Of a stretch of 64,000 nucleotides of DNA, positions 10,388 through 19,493 are shown piece after piece. The notes below the pieces were generated by a model, which worked only from the letters and a program-made list of their open reading frames with translations, had not been told where the DNA came from and did no database searches. Both the position numbers and the translations under genes were made by a program. Position 1 is the stretch's first letter. The number at the start of each line of letters is the position of its first letter. This stretch comes from an uncultured Planctomycetota bacterium (GTDB lineage: Bacteria; Planctomycetota; Planctomycetia; Isosphaerales; Isosphaeraceae): contig CAWGMQ010000004.1 of assembly GCA_963823665.1 (NCBI GenBank), forward strand, positions 2,464,001 to 2,528,000, written 5' to 3'.

Positions 10388-11136
10388 GCACGGTCCGCCT
10401 GCGACGGCTGCACGCCGATTACGAGAAGATCCAGGAATACATCAAGGGGCATCCAAGGCTCCAGTTGATTCAGGTCGATGGGTCGCCGCCGGAGCGCTAT
10501 CAACTCGAGTATCGGATTCGCGGATTGCGCCAGACGGCCGACGAGCTGTCGATCGTGAAGAGCCACATGGTGGAAGTTTCGCTGCCGGTTAGCTATCCGC
10601 GGCTGCCGCCGCAATGCCGGATGCTCACGCCGATCTTCCATCCTAACATAGCACCCCATGCGATCTGCATCGGCGACCACTGGAGCCCAGGAGAGCCGCT
10701 GTGGTCGATCGTGGCGCGAATCGGCGAGATGATCGCCTACCAGAGCTACAACACCAAGAGCCCCTTGAACGGCGAGGCCGCACGATGGGTCGACCAGCAT
10801 GTGGATGAGCTGCCACTCGACCCAGTAAGCATGATGCCCGACGACGCGATGGCCTCCAGTGCCGGCGCGCCAGCTTCACGGCCGGCGGCAGCCACTTCAG
10901 CGACAAATTCACCGCGGCCGTCTGCCCAGGTCAGGCCAACGCCGGGCGTGCCGCCAACCTCACGGCCGGTGGAAAGTCACACGCGACCAGAGGCCTCACC
11001 TCCGCCGGTGCCATCACCGGTCGGCAGTGAATTCGCCTGCCCGCAATGTGGGGCCTTATTGAAGTTGAAACCGGAGCTGGCCGGGAAGCAAGTGCGATGC
11101 CTTCGTTGCAAGACGGTGTTTCGGATTCCGCTCTGA
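10384..11136 (+). CDS. Ubiquitin-conjugating enzyme E2 (UBC fold) with Pro-rich linker and C-terminal Zn-ribbon
   Basis: RLRRL..DY, YPRLPP, TPIFHPNIAPHAIC (HPN and catalytic Cys), W.P, SPLNGEAA; CPQC..CLRC. Confidence 0.9.
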   Translation: MSTVRLRRLHADYEKIQEYIKGHPRLQLIQVDGSPPERYQLEYRIRGLRQTADELSIVKSHMVEVSLPVSYPRLPPQCRMLTPIFHPNIAPHAICIGDHWSPGEPLWSIVARIGEMIAYQSYNTKSPLNGEAARWVDQHVDELPLDPVSMMPDDAMASSAGAPASRPAAATSATNSPRPSAQVRPTPGVPPTSRPVESHTRPEASPPPVPSPVGSEFACPQCGALLKLKPELAGKQVRCLRCKTVFRIPL

Positions 11137-11192
11137 TAAGCGAGCTTCCTCTGGAAGAGGAAGACGATGCGCCGGCGCGCGCCCGGCGCCGG

Positions 11193-11609
11193 ATGAAACG
11201 CCACCGCGAGGTGCTGCTGATCTCATGCGCTGTCTGGCTTCTGGCTTTCTCGCTGCATGAGCTTCCCGACGGGCGCGTCGCGGTGCGCGGATTACCGCAA
11301 TTTCCGTTACCTCAGACATGCATGTCGCGGGCGATTTTTGGCCTGCGGTGCCCGGGCTGCGGGCTGACGCGATCGATCATTCATCTGGCACACGGTGACT
11401 GGCGGGCTTCGTGGCATGACCACCGGCTGGGCGGTCTGCTCGGGATCGTGATCGCGCTCCAGATCCCTTACCGGCTTTACGCGCTACGGAGACCTGAGCA
11501 AGAGGTGCTGCCCTCGCGCTGGCAGGCTGCGATGGGATATGCGCTGATTGGTCTTCTCTTGGCGAACTGGCTGTTGGATGTGGCGGCGGGGCGGTTGCGG
11601 TCGCCATAA
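11193..11609 (+). CDS. DUF2752 membrane protein
   Basis: C...FGLRCPGCGLTRS motif with TMs; start may lie further upstream. Confidence 0.75.
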   Translation: MKRHREVLLISCAVWLLAFSLHELPDGRVAVRGLPQFPLPQTCMSRAIFGLRCPGCGLTRSIIHLAHGDWRASWHDHRLGGLLGIVIALQIPYRLYALRRPEQEVLPSRWQAAMGYALIGLLLANWLLDVAAGRLRSP

Positions 11610-11663
11610 TGTCGGCCTCTTGACTGGTGTGGGCAGTTTCGAGGCGACCAGGGAGAATATGCG

Positions 11664-13220
11664 ATGCCCAGCGTCGATTCTGTGCCGGAGCCAAATCCCT
11701 TGCGAGAAGGATTGCCCCGGACGCGGGTGTCTGAGCCCTGCGTAATTGTCCTCTTCGGTGCGACCGGCGACCTGGCCCATCGCAAGCTCGTGCCGGCACT
11801 CTTTCAGCTTGCCCGAGGTGGGAATCTTCCATCCGAATGCGCGGTGATCGGATTCGCGCGTCGTCCCTGGACGGACAACGATTTACGAGCCGAGTACGAA
11901 AAAACGCTGTCGAAAGAAGGCGGTTCCGACTTTTCCGAGGTCTGGTCGCAATTCGCCAACCGCATCATTTTCTCCCCCGGCACATTCGATGACCCGGCCT
12001 CATTCCGAACCTTGAAGGAGACTCTCGCACGCGTCGACCGGACGCACGGAACCGCCGGGAACCGGGTCTACTACCTGGCCGTATCACCTGAGTTTTTTGC
12101 GCCGATCATCGCGAACCTGGGCGAGGCGGGGCTGATTTATCCCTCTCAGCAGGAGACGCCGTGGAGCCGGGTGGTCATCGAGAAGCCGTTCGGCCGCGAT
12201 CTCGAAAGCGCCCGTGACTTGAACAAGGCCGTGTCGGCCGTTCTGGATGAAAGCCAGGTCTACCGCATCGACCATTATCTCGGTAAGGAAACCGTTCAGA
12301 ACATCCTGGCGCTGCGATTCGGCAACAGCATTTTCGAGCCGGTCTGGAACCGGCGGCACGTGGCCTCGGTGCAGGTCACTGTTGCCGAGGAGGTGGGCAT
12401 GGCCGGGGGCCGGGGGGCCTATTACGATACGGCCGGGGCCCTGCGCGACATGGTCCAGAACCACATGATGCAGCTTCTCTGCCTGGTGGCGATGGAGCCG
12501 CCGGTTGATCTCTCGGCCGATGCCGTTCGCAATGAGAAAGTGAAGGTGCTGCAAGCGCTCCCACGGTGGAACGCTGCGGATGTGGTTCGCAACGTGGTAC
12601 GAGCGCAGTACCTGAAGGGCTCGATCCAGGGAGCCGAGGTTCCCGGTTATCTCGAGGAAAAAGGAGTCGCTCCGGGTTCCAGGACCGACACGTATGTTGC
12701 GATCCGGCTGGAGCTGAATACCTGGCGGTGGGCGGGGGTTCCCTTTTTTCTTCGCACCGGGAAACGGCTGCCCAAGCGGGCGACGGAGATCGCCATCCAG
12801 TTCAATCGGCCGCCGACCGAGCTTTTTGAGGTCGACCCGCGGCGGGGCCCGGGCGGCACCAATCAGCTTGTGCTGCGGATTCAGCCGAACGAGGGGGCAA
12901 GTTTGACCTTTGAGGCCAAGGTGCCCGGCTCGCGCCGGCGTTTGCAGGAAGTGCGGATGGATTTCCGATATGGGACCGCATTTGCCCTCCCGCCTCCCGA
13001 GGCTTACGAACGGTTGCTGCTGGACGCGATGCTGGGTGATCCCACGCTCTATACACGAACCGACGAGGTGGAGAGTGCCTGGCGATTCGCATCGGCCATT
13101 TTAAATGCTTGGAATCAGGCCGATGCTCCGCCGCCGGTTTCCTATACGGCGGGAAGCTGGGGGCCGGAGGAGGCGGATGCCTTGATTGCGGCGGATAGAG
13201 GTCGCTGGCGCTGGTTGTGA
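11664..13220 (+). CDS. zwf: Glucose-6-phosphate 1-dehydrogenase
   Basis: FGATGDLA, EKPFG, RIDHYLGKE, RDMVQNH, AYERLL. Confidence 0.97.
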   Translation: MPSVDSVPEPNPLREGLPRTRVSEPCVIVLFGATGDLAHRKLVPALFQLARGGNLPSECAVIGFARRPWTDNDLRAEYEKTLSKEGGSDFSEVWSQFANRIIFSPGTFDDPASFRTLKETLARVDRTHGTAGNRVYYLAVSPEFFAPIIANLGEAGLIYPSQQETPWSRVVIEKPFGRDLESARDLNKAVSAVLDESQVYRIDHYLGKETVQNILALRFGNSIFEPVWNRRHVASVQVTVAEEVGMAGGRGAYYDTAGALRDMVQNHMMQLLCLVAMEPPVDLSADAVRNEKVKVLQALPRWNAADVVRNVVRAQYLKGSIQGAEVPGYLEEKGVAPGSRTDTYVAIRLELNTWRWAGVPFFLRTGKRLPKRATEIAIQFNRPPTELFEVDPRRGPGGTNQLVLRIQPNEGASLTFEAKVPGSRRRLQEVRMDFRYGTAFALPPPEAYERLLLDAMLGDPTLYTRTDEVESAWRFASAILNAWNQADAPPPVSYTAGSWGPEEADALIAADRGRWRWL

Positions 13221-13232
13221 TTGACGGCCGTG

Positions 13233-14102
13233 TTACGGCCAGGATGACTCGATGCCGAGCTCGTGGAGCACGCGAGCTGACCGTCGCGATGCGAGGGCCG
13301 CGCGGATCGGCTTGGCGGGCCAGAGGAGCTTCCAGGTCATCAGGATGGCACCCCGCCATGTCGGACGATAAACACGGGCGTCTTCATCCAGATAGTAGTA
13401 ACCGCTCTCGGCAAACTTGGCCGTTTCCTTGAGATGTGAGTTGCGCAGGAAATCGATGGGATCATTGATCGGAATATTGACCCGGCTTGCACCATTTCCA
13501 AAGTGCGTGATGCACGCGTTATGGATCTCGTAAAGCCGACGCGGGTTGCCGATCCACGGAACGGCGAGCGAGCCCTCGTGAACACGGATTCTGGGAGTCA
13601 ACGGGCGCGTTTTGTTGTTTGCGGTTACCAGCGTGAGCCCGTCGTCGAAGTCGGTGAAGAAGGCTAGCGATGATTCTTTCACCGTGCGCACGCCTCCCGC
13701 CGTCAAGAACACCGACCAGAGCTTCGCGTACTGGCGTGATTGCCGATTCTCGAAGAGTGTGACGTGAACCCCGCCATTGGGCACTGAGTCCGAAAGGCGA
13801 AAATGGTCCCGGTTTGTGAAGCCCAGCGTCTCCAGTTGGGGCGAGATCGCCGCGACGCTCTCGGTCACAGGCCGAGGTGTTTGTTCAGATTGCAGATCGA
13901 ATGGCTCGTAATTCGGATCGGCGGTGGTCCAGTGTGTCTGTTTCAGTTTGAACGGAGACACAATCCACGGAACGCCGACTGCCAAAGCGAGCAGGAGAAG
14001 CAACGGCGAGAAGTCGAAGCTTCGCGGGCGGCAAAGCCAAAGGAGAATCGCGGCGACGAAGACGAGCCACATCAGCCGGCCAATCGTCTGTGGTTTTGAC
14101 AT
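13233..14102 (-). CDS. Hypothetical protein with N-terminal TMs, between zwf and opcA
   Basis: ~290-aa ORF with planctomycete-like N-terminus (QTIGRLMWLVFVAA). Confidence 0.7.
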   Translation of the reverse strand: MSKPQTIGRLMWLVFVAAILLWLCRPRSFDFSPLLLLLALAVGVPWIVSPFKLKQTHWTTADPNYEPFDLQSEQTPRPVTESVAAISPQLETLGFTNRDHFRLSDSVPNGGVHVTLFENRQSRQYAKLWSVFLTAGGVRTVKESSLAFFTDFDDGLTLVTANNKTRPLTPRIRVHEGSLAVPWIGNPRRLYEIHNACITHFGNGASRVNIPINDPIDFLRNSHLKETAKFAESGYYYLDEDARVYRPTWRGAILMTWKLLWPAKPIRAALASRRSARVLHELGIESSWP

Positions 14103-14264
14103 CACACCGCCCTGCCCTGCATTGCCGGTCTGGCTTGAAGTGAAGACTTTTCGCGGACGCCGGTTGGACCCTTAGCTCGGAGCCGAACGGACTGCTATGC
14201 TACGAGGAACGGAATCGAGACTCAACGCGTTCGCTCTGATCCCGATCGATTGGAGTTTTGGTTC

Positions 14265-15440
14265 ATGACCGATGCAACCACCGCACCACTGATTGACGGC
14301 CTGGGAATTCCGGTTGAGCTTCGCAACGTCGAGGCTGAGCTTGCCAGGCTGTGGGGGCCGGCGGCGCTCGAGCTGAGCGGATCGGAGCAGGAGAGCGCGC
14401 ACGTTACACGCGTGGTGCTGGCCAACCTCGTGCTCGAGTGTCTGGACCAGGACGTGCAGGCGCTCGAACCTGTGCTGGCAATGGTCGTGGAACGGTTTCC
14501 ATGCCGGACGATCGTGCTCTGCAAGTCGGACGACCCTGCTCGAAAGGTCACGGCCCAGATCTCGGCGCTGTGTCATTTGCCATCGCCGGGGCAACCACAA
14601 GTTTGCTCCGAGCAGATCGTGCTGCGTGCAGGACCGAACGCGATCGATCTTCTTCCTGGGGCCGTGCGGTCGCTGCTGGAGGCTGACCTACCACATGTGC
14701 TTTGGTGGACGAGCGATCCCAGGAAGCATCCAGCGCTGTTGCACGACCTTGCTCAAGCCTGCTCGCGGCTGATCCTGGACCTGAGCGATCGCTGCACGGA
14801 TGCCGAAGCGCTGCGGGCGGGACTCGATGAATCTCACGGCAGTTCCAGTCACGATAGCGTGTGGTTTGGTCTCACCCGTTGGCGCGAGCTGGTCGCGCAG
14901 TTCTTCGATCGTCCTGGTCATGACGAAAAGCTGGCGACGATTGAGTCGGTGGTTGTCGAGGCTGTTGCGCCCGATCCAACGTGCCCGACACGCCTGGCCG
15001 TCTGGCTGGTGGCGTGGCTGGCGGGGCAGCTTCGGTGGAAACCGCAAGGCCACCCTGAACGCCGGCCGGGTGCCGATTCTACTTGTGAGCTCTCTGCCCG
15101 CTTTAATGGTGCACGAGGCGAGGTGTCTGTTCGGATTGTGACGCGTGCGATCCCTGCGGGATGCCCGGCAGCACCGCAGATAGCGGCGGTGACCATCAAG
15201 ACGAAACCGCTTGCTGGAGATGCCAGCTCAGCGGAGACCGATCGACTCGTACGGCCGTGGCCGGGCTCGCCGGCTGTGCTGGTCGAGACCGAAGCAGGTG
15301 GACTGGGCCGATTGCCACGTGGGGTTGATGCCCCCGAGCTTGATGTGGCGCACCGGATTGCGGCGGCACTCGAATCGTCGCGCATTGATGAGCCTTTTCG
15401 GAAGGCGGTTCCTGTTGCAGTCTGGCTGCTGGGATCGTGA
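14265..15440 (+). CDS. opcA: G6PDH assembly protein OpcA
   Basis: VEAELARLW, ANLV, PCRTI, VCSEQIVL, SLLEADLPHVLWW, WRELVAQFFD; near zwf. Confidence 0.9.
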   Translation: MTDATTAPLIDGLGIPVELRNVEAELARLWGPAALELSGSEQESAHVTRVVLANLVLECLDQDVQALEPVLAMVVERFPCRTIVLCKSDDPARKVTAQISALCHLPSPGQPQVCSEQIVLRAGPNAIDLLPGAVRSLLEADLPHVLWWTSDPRKHPALLHDLAQACSRLILDLSDRCTDAEALRAGLDESHGSSSHDSVWFGLTRWRELVAQFFDRPGHDEKLATIESVVVEAVAPDPTCPTRLAVWLVAWLAGQLRWKPQGHPERRPGADSTCELSARFNGARGEVSVRIVTRAIPAGCPAAPQIAAVTIKTKPLAGDASSAETDRLVRPWPGSPAVLVETEAGGLGRLPRGVDAPELDVAHRIAAALESSRIDEPFRKAVPVAVWLLGS

Positions 15441-16297
15441 TTCTTCCGGTTCCAGGGAGGTGGGACAACGACGACATGGCAATCGACCGTGATGCGATCA
15501 TCCTCTCATTGACAGCCTGGCGAGGCCGGCACCTCCGCAAGGCGTGGCGCCCCATTATTCTCCTGGACGGGTATCTCACTCAGACCGTCCGTGCTCAATT
15601 CGGTGGAATCCCCCTCCTATCACACGGTGAATCTTGGCCCCGTTGCTCTGAGTGCCAGTGGCCCATGCAGTCGATGCTTCAGTTCGACCTCGCGCGATTG
15701 CCCAGCGGTTTGTTCCCGCTGTCTGAAGGCTACCTGCAATACTTTCAGTGCTCCAGGTACGGCACCTGCGAAGTGTCGCAACAGGAAGACTGGCAGCCAT
15801 TCGGACGGGGCAAGCTGGTGAGGGTTCTCGAAGGTAGCGATCTCCAGACTTCTGCGATCCCCGACGCCCTGAAGCCTTTTCCACTGCTTCAGATCGCACG
15901 CTGGGAACCTTGCTGGGACCTGCCGGGCACGGCGGAGCACGAGCGGCTGGGGCTGGAGTATCGCTACGAGTTTTCGACAGGGATTACGCGCACCACGGTA
16001 GCCTGGCAAGAGGGCGGCGTGATGCCCGGCGAGCCGCTTGTTGAAGATAATCGTAATCCCGGAATTGCGGAGGCCATCGCTGAGGCTGCGAGCGGAGACA
16101 AACTCGGGGGATGGCCGCGGTGGGTGCAGTCTGTGGAATACCCCGCCTGTCCCGAGTGCGGCGCTGAGATGACGTATCTGCTCCAACTCGACTACTGGGA
16201 TCACCTGCCGATCGATCTGGGTGACTACGGTACTGGACAAATGTTCTACTGCGCAGAGCACCCGAGGAGGCTTACTTTCACTTTTCAGTGTAGCTGA
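15437..16297 (+). CDS. DUF1963 (YwqG-like) protein
   Basis: FGGIP...WPRCSEC, GDKLGGWPRWVQ.VEYP.CPECG..M.YLLQLD, FQCS end. Confidence 0.8.
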   Translation: MILPVPGRWDNDDMAIDRDAIILSLTAWRGRHLRKAWRPIILLDGYLTQTVRAQFGGIPLLSHGESWPRCSECQWPMQSMLQFDLARLPSGLFPLSEGYLQYFQCSRYGTCEVSQQEDWQPFGRGKLVRVLEGSDLQTSAIPDALKPFPLLQIARWEPCWDLPGTAEHERLGLEYRYEFSTGITRTTVAWQEGGVMPGEPLVEDNRNPGIAEAIAEAASGDKLGGWPRWVQSVEYPACPECGAEMTYLLQLDYWDHLPIDLGDYGTGQMFYCAEHPRRLTFTFQCS

Positions 16298-16614
16298 AAT
16301 TCGGCTTGACCGAGCTCTAGATCGCAGCTTTGCCGCGGGAAGTCTTCGCTACTTATGCTTCAAGTTCTCAACGGCCGAGCGCAACCTCTGCCCCATCGGA
16401 ATGGAAGAACACAAAACGCTTCGATGACGGCACAGAGTGTAACGATGCCCGATGCTGCGCGACCCAATTCCACCGAGCCACAACCCACCAGACCCGAGTG
16501 GCGCACCGCGAACTCCCACCCGTTCACGGCCGTCACTCAAGCCGGTGTTTTTTTCCATCGATCAAATTATCAAAGAGCGAAAGACCCAACGAACAACTGA
16601 CAACATACAGACGC

Positions 16615-18351
16615 TCATTTCGCCTGTGCCCGCCCCTTCTCCTTCTTCCTGAGTCGGCGCTCCCGCCTCGACCCTCCGCCTCCCTCCCGATTTCCGCTTC
16701 GAACGGCGTCCCTTAGCCCAATCCCCGGCCTTAACAGATTCGCCGCATGACGCATCGCATCGCTCAGGCCCTCATCAAACCGCACAGATCGCACCACCAG
16801 ACCTTCTTTGCGCACCACTTTTTCTTCCACGTCGCCGTCTTCACGGCCAACCGCGACAGCCTCGGAAATCACCTTGGGTTCGTTTCGCAGCGAGTCCCTG
16901 TCGCCATCCGTTATCCCTTCGACCGCACAACTTGCATCCTTGGGTTCGTTTCGCAAAACCGAGTGCGCTCTGTCGCTGAACTTGCCGTGTGAATCAGTCG
17001 CGAAAACCGCGCTGGGTTCGTTTCGCACCGAGCCCCCGGCATCCTCCGTTCTCCCTTCATTCGCACGACTTACGTCCTTGGGTTCGTTTCGCAAAACTGC
17101 TGCTACACCCATCCCGGCAGCCTCATCGCTCCTCTGCTCAACCGCCAGCGATTGCTCTTCCGTATCCGCACAACCCGTCGCCTCGTCATAATCGTTCGAA
17201 CCGGCGCGAGCGTCTTGTTCATGAACATGATCATCAGGCTGATGATCATGTTCATCGGGTTGAAGCCAATCCGCCGACGGCGCCAGAGATTCGTATCTAT
17301 ATCCCCAGCCGAGCGTCGGTCGTTGCTCGACCAGATTCTTTAGCTCGTTCTCCTTCCGGTGCAGCGATCGCTGCCAGGCGAACTCATAACGCGTCATGAG
17401 CAGGCCTTCGTGGCTCAAATCGACCTTGGCGAGATTGGGCGCCAGCTCGGCCCTGAGCTCGGCCCGCATCTGATGTTCTTGCGCCTTTTCTTCGAGTCTC
17501 TCAACCTCTAAGCGAACGACCCCGATCAAGTGCTGCCGCGCCGTTTCTCGGTCCATCGCCGGCTTCAGACCGATGAGCTGCTGATATTGGTTCTCGAGCA
17601 CCGGCAGATCATTCGCCGAGACAACCTCATTCCACAACTCGCCGACCATGCTTCCCGCCGTCGGATCGAGCGTCTGGCACGCTTGGAACAAGAGTGTCAG
17701 ATCGTCATTGAGATAGGCACCCATGGGGTGAATCCCCAGGAGCCGGCGCGCACGAAATCGCTCCGAGCTGTTCCATCCCTCGCCTCTTTCCAGCGGCGCA
17801 AGAAGCGCATCCCACTCGATAAGCAGCCAGTTGACCCCGAGCGGGTTCAACTCTAAACTGCCGAGCACGTGTGCCGGACGCTGTTCCCCCACGGCGTTGA
17901 CTTTCCCCCTGCACGCTTTGCCCGCCTCCGCATCCGGCAGTTCACCACCCGGGAGCGCGGTGAGCCGCCCATTTGGTGCGCGAAAAAGCTCCTCCGACAG
18001 CTCGGTCCTCTCGTTTTCCAGCCGTTGCTGCTCGTCGGCGTGGCCCATCGCGGCTCTCTCTCGCAGCCGCGACCACTGCGCTTCACGGCAGCGCTTGAGC
18101 TGCCAGGAATAATAAACCGCCTCCTGCGTGAGGATAACCTCATACGAGTTTTGCGGTTTGAAATGCTCGAAGAACGCCATCGTCCGCTCGTTGAACGCCG
18201 CAGGCTTCTCTTCTGAAAGCAATACTAGTTTCGCTGTGCAAGCATGCTTCACGGCGTTGTATTTCGAACGATTCTTACCCTCGATGGTCCGAGGTCCAGT
18301 GCTATGTTTGGCATTCTGTTGATTCCGTTTCATTTGTGCGGTAGTCGTCAT
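16615..18351 (-). CDS. Uncharacterised protein with N-terminal STGPRT.EGK..S..NA.KH motif and C-terminal RNEP repeats
   Basis: 578-aa ORF; NQQNAKHSTGPRTIEGKNRSKYNAVKH; four (L/V)RNEP units. Confidence 0.8.
   Translation of the reverse strand: MTTTAQMKRNQQNAKHSTGPRTIEGKNRSKYNAVKHACTAKLVLLSEEKPAAFNERTMAFFEHFKPQNSYEVILTQEAVYYSWQLKRCREAQWSRLRERAAMGHADEQQRLENERTELSEELFRAPNGRLTALPGGELPDAEAGKACRGKVNAVGEQRPAHVLGSLELNPLGVNWLLIEWDALLAPLERGEGWNSSERFRARRLLGIHPMGAYLNDDLTLLFQACQTLDPTAGSMVGELWNEVVSANDLPVLENQYQQLIGLKPAMDRETARQHLIGVVRLEVERLEEKAQEHQMRAELRAELAPNLAKVDLSHEGLLMTRYEFAWQRSLHRKENELKNLVEQRPTLGWGYRYESLAPSADWLQPDEHDHQPDDHVHEQDARAGSNDYDEATGCADTEEQSLAVEQRSDEAAGMGVAAVLRNEPKDVSRANEGRTEDAGGSVRNEPSAVFATDSHGKFSDRAHSVLRNEPKDASCAVEGITDGDRDSLRNEPKVISEAVAVGREDGDVEEKVVRKEGLVVRSVRFDEGLSDAMRHAANLLRPGIGLRDAVRSGNREGGGGSRRERRLRKKEKGRAQAK
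16874..17093. repeat. Four copies of (T/C)TGGGTTCGTTTCGCA spaced 66, 72 and 66 bp
   Basis: Copies start at 16874, 16940, 17012 and 17078. Confidence 0.9.
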
Positions 18352-18596
18352 CTTGCGCTCCGTTCGTTTCTAGGAAATTCACCAATTCTCGTGGAATTCT
18401 TCTGCTAGCTCTCCTATGGGCTTCGAACGCGGCTGTCGCGTCCCGACCAGCAGAACCTGCTTTAATAAGACTGTACGGCGAAATTGCCTCTTCGCAACTC
18501 TCTACGCCGATTTCGTGCTTTCATGAATTGATAAAATCGTGTAAATCGGATCGATCGTCAAAACCGTAAGCGGTCTTAAACCGAATCGAGCCGAGC

Positions 18597-18962
18597 TTGG
18601 AAAGCGGGGAAGTGCTGCAGACTTTCGCACCTGGATTCTCGCGTGATCGCACAGCGGGCGTCGTCGGACTAATCGCAAACGACGGCCAACACGGCGCGGG
18701 GGCAGGATATTACCTCCAGTACGCAGACCGATCCGAGGTCGGTGAAGGAGAGATAGCGCAACTCGACCTGATGGAAGAGATCGAGCAGCGGGTCCAGGAC
18801 CGGAAGTCCAAGACCGCGACCCAGCCGTTCGACCCACGCAACGATATGGGAACGGACTTGACTACGCTCTACGAAGAGGAGGCGAAGGGATTGAAAATGC
18901 GGAACAAGGTCCCCTTTCACCCCATACCCTTGGTCGTGTACCAGCCTGTAACGAGCAAATGA
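18597..18962 (+). CDS. Hypothetical protein or gene fragment
   Basis: Protein-like composition, weak start, no recognised motif. Confidence 0.35.
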   Translation: MESGEVLQTFAPGFSRDRTAGVVGLIANDGQHGAGAGYYLQYADRSEVGEGEIAQLDLMEEIEQRVQDRKSKTATQPFDPRNDMGTDLTTLYEEEAKGLKMRNKVPFHPIPLVVYQPVTSK

Positions 18963-19031
18963 TGTTACTGCCAGCCGATTGAGCAGAGGGTGCTCCGTCA
19001 ATCCCCATTGAACGCGACTTATTTCTGGAAT

Positions 19032-19295
19032 TGGAGGCGCCGGGAAAACAGAACCGCGCCCCTCGCAAGCGCAACTCTTTCCGATAAAAGGGCCTGCGGT
19101 ACGAGAAGTGGAGGCGGCGGGAATTGCACCCGCGTCTCGAAATACACAAGTCACTACGCCGCATAGTACTTGCGGCGATTCACCTCCCCCCTGTCTGCAT
19201 ACTGCCTGCACTGATTTCGGCCTACGCGAGCTTGTCGCGTGCTGGCACATGTTGGCGGCGGATGTCAGGCAGAAAATTGTGAGAATCGCACGCGT
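19032..19295. repeat. Cassette-boundary element A (tmRNA 3'-end-like core and conserved short peptide)
   Basis: Degenerate site at 19032, GTGGAGGCGGCGGGAATTGCACCCGCGTC at 19108-19136, then LRELVACWHMLAADVRQKIVRIAR. Confidence 0.8.
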
Positions 19296-19493
19296 CCAGC
19301 GGGCCATCTCCCGGGCTGGCGAGTATGACGATGGTGATGTTCGGTGTTCACGACGGGAAGTCGCCCCAGCCGGGACTCTTCGGGAGTCGTCGGGCTACGA
19401 GATCGCTCGGGTTGAGAAAGTCGATGAAAGCCAGGCTACGACCTGAGCTACTAAATTGAAAATACGTCTGACCCCCAGGAAGGTCGGGCTCTG

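Noticed and set aside
16874..17093. CRISPR array
   Set aside because: The repeat is only ~16 bp, the spacings are multiples of three inside a long ORF, and alternate spacers resemble each other.
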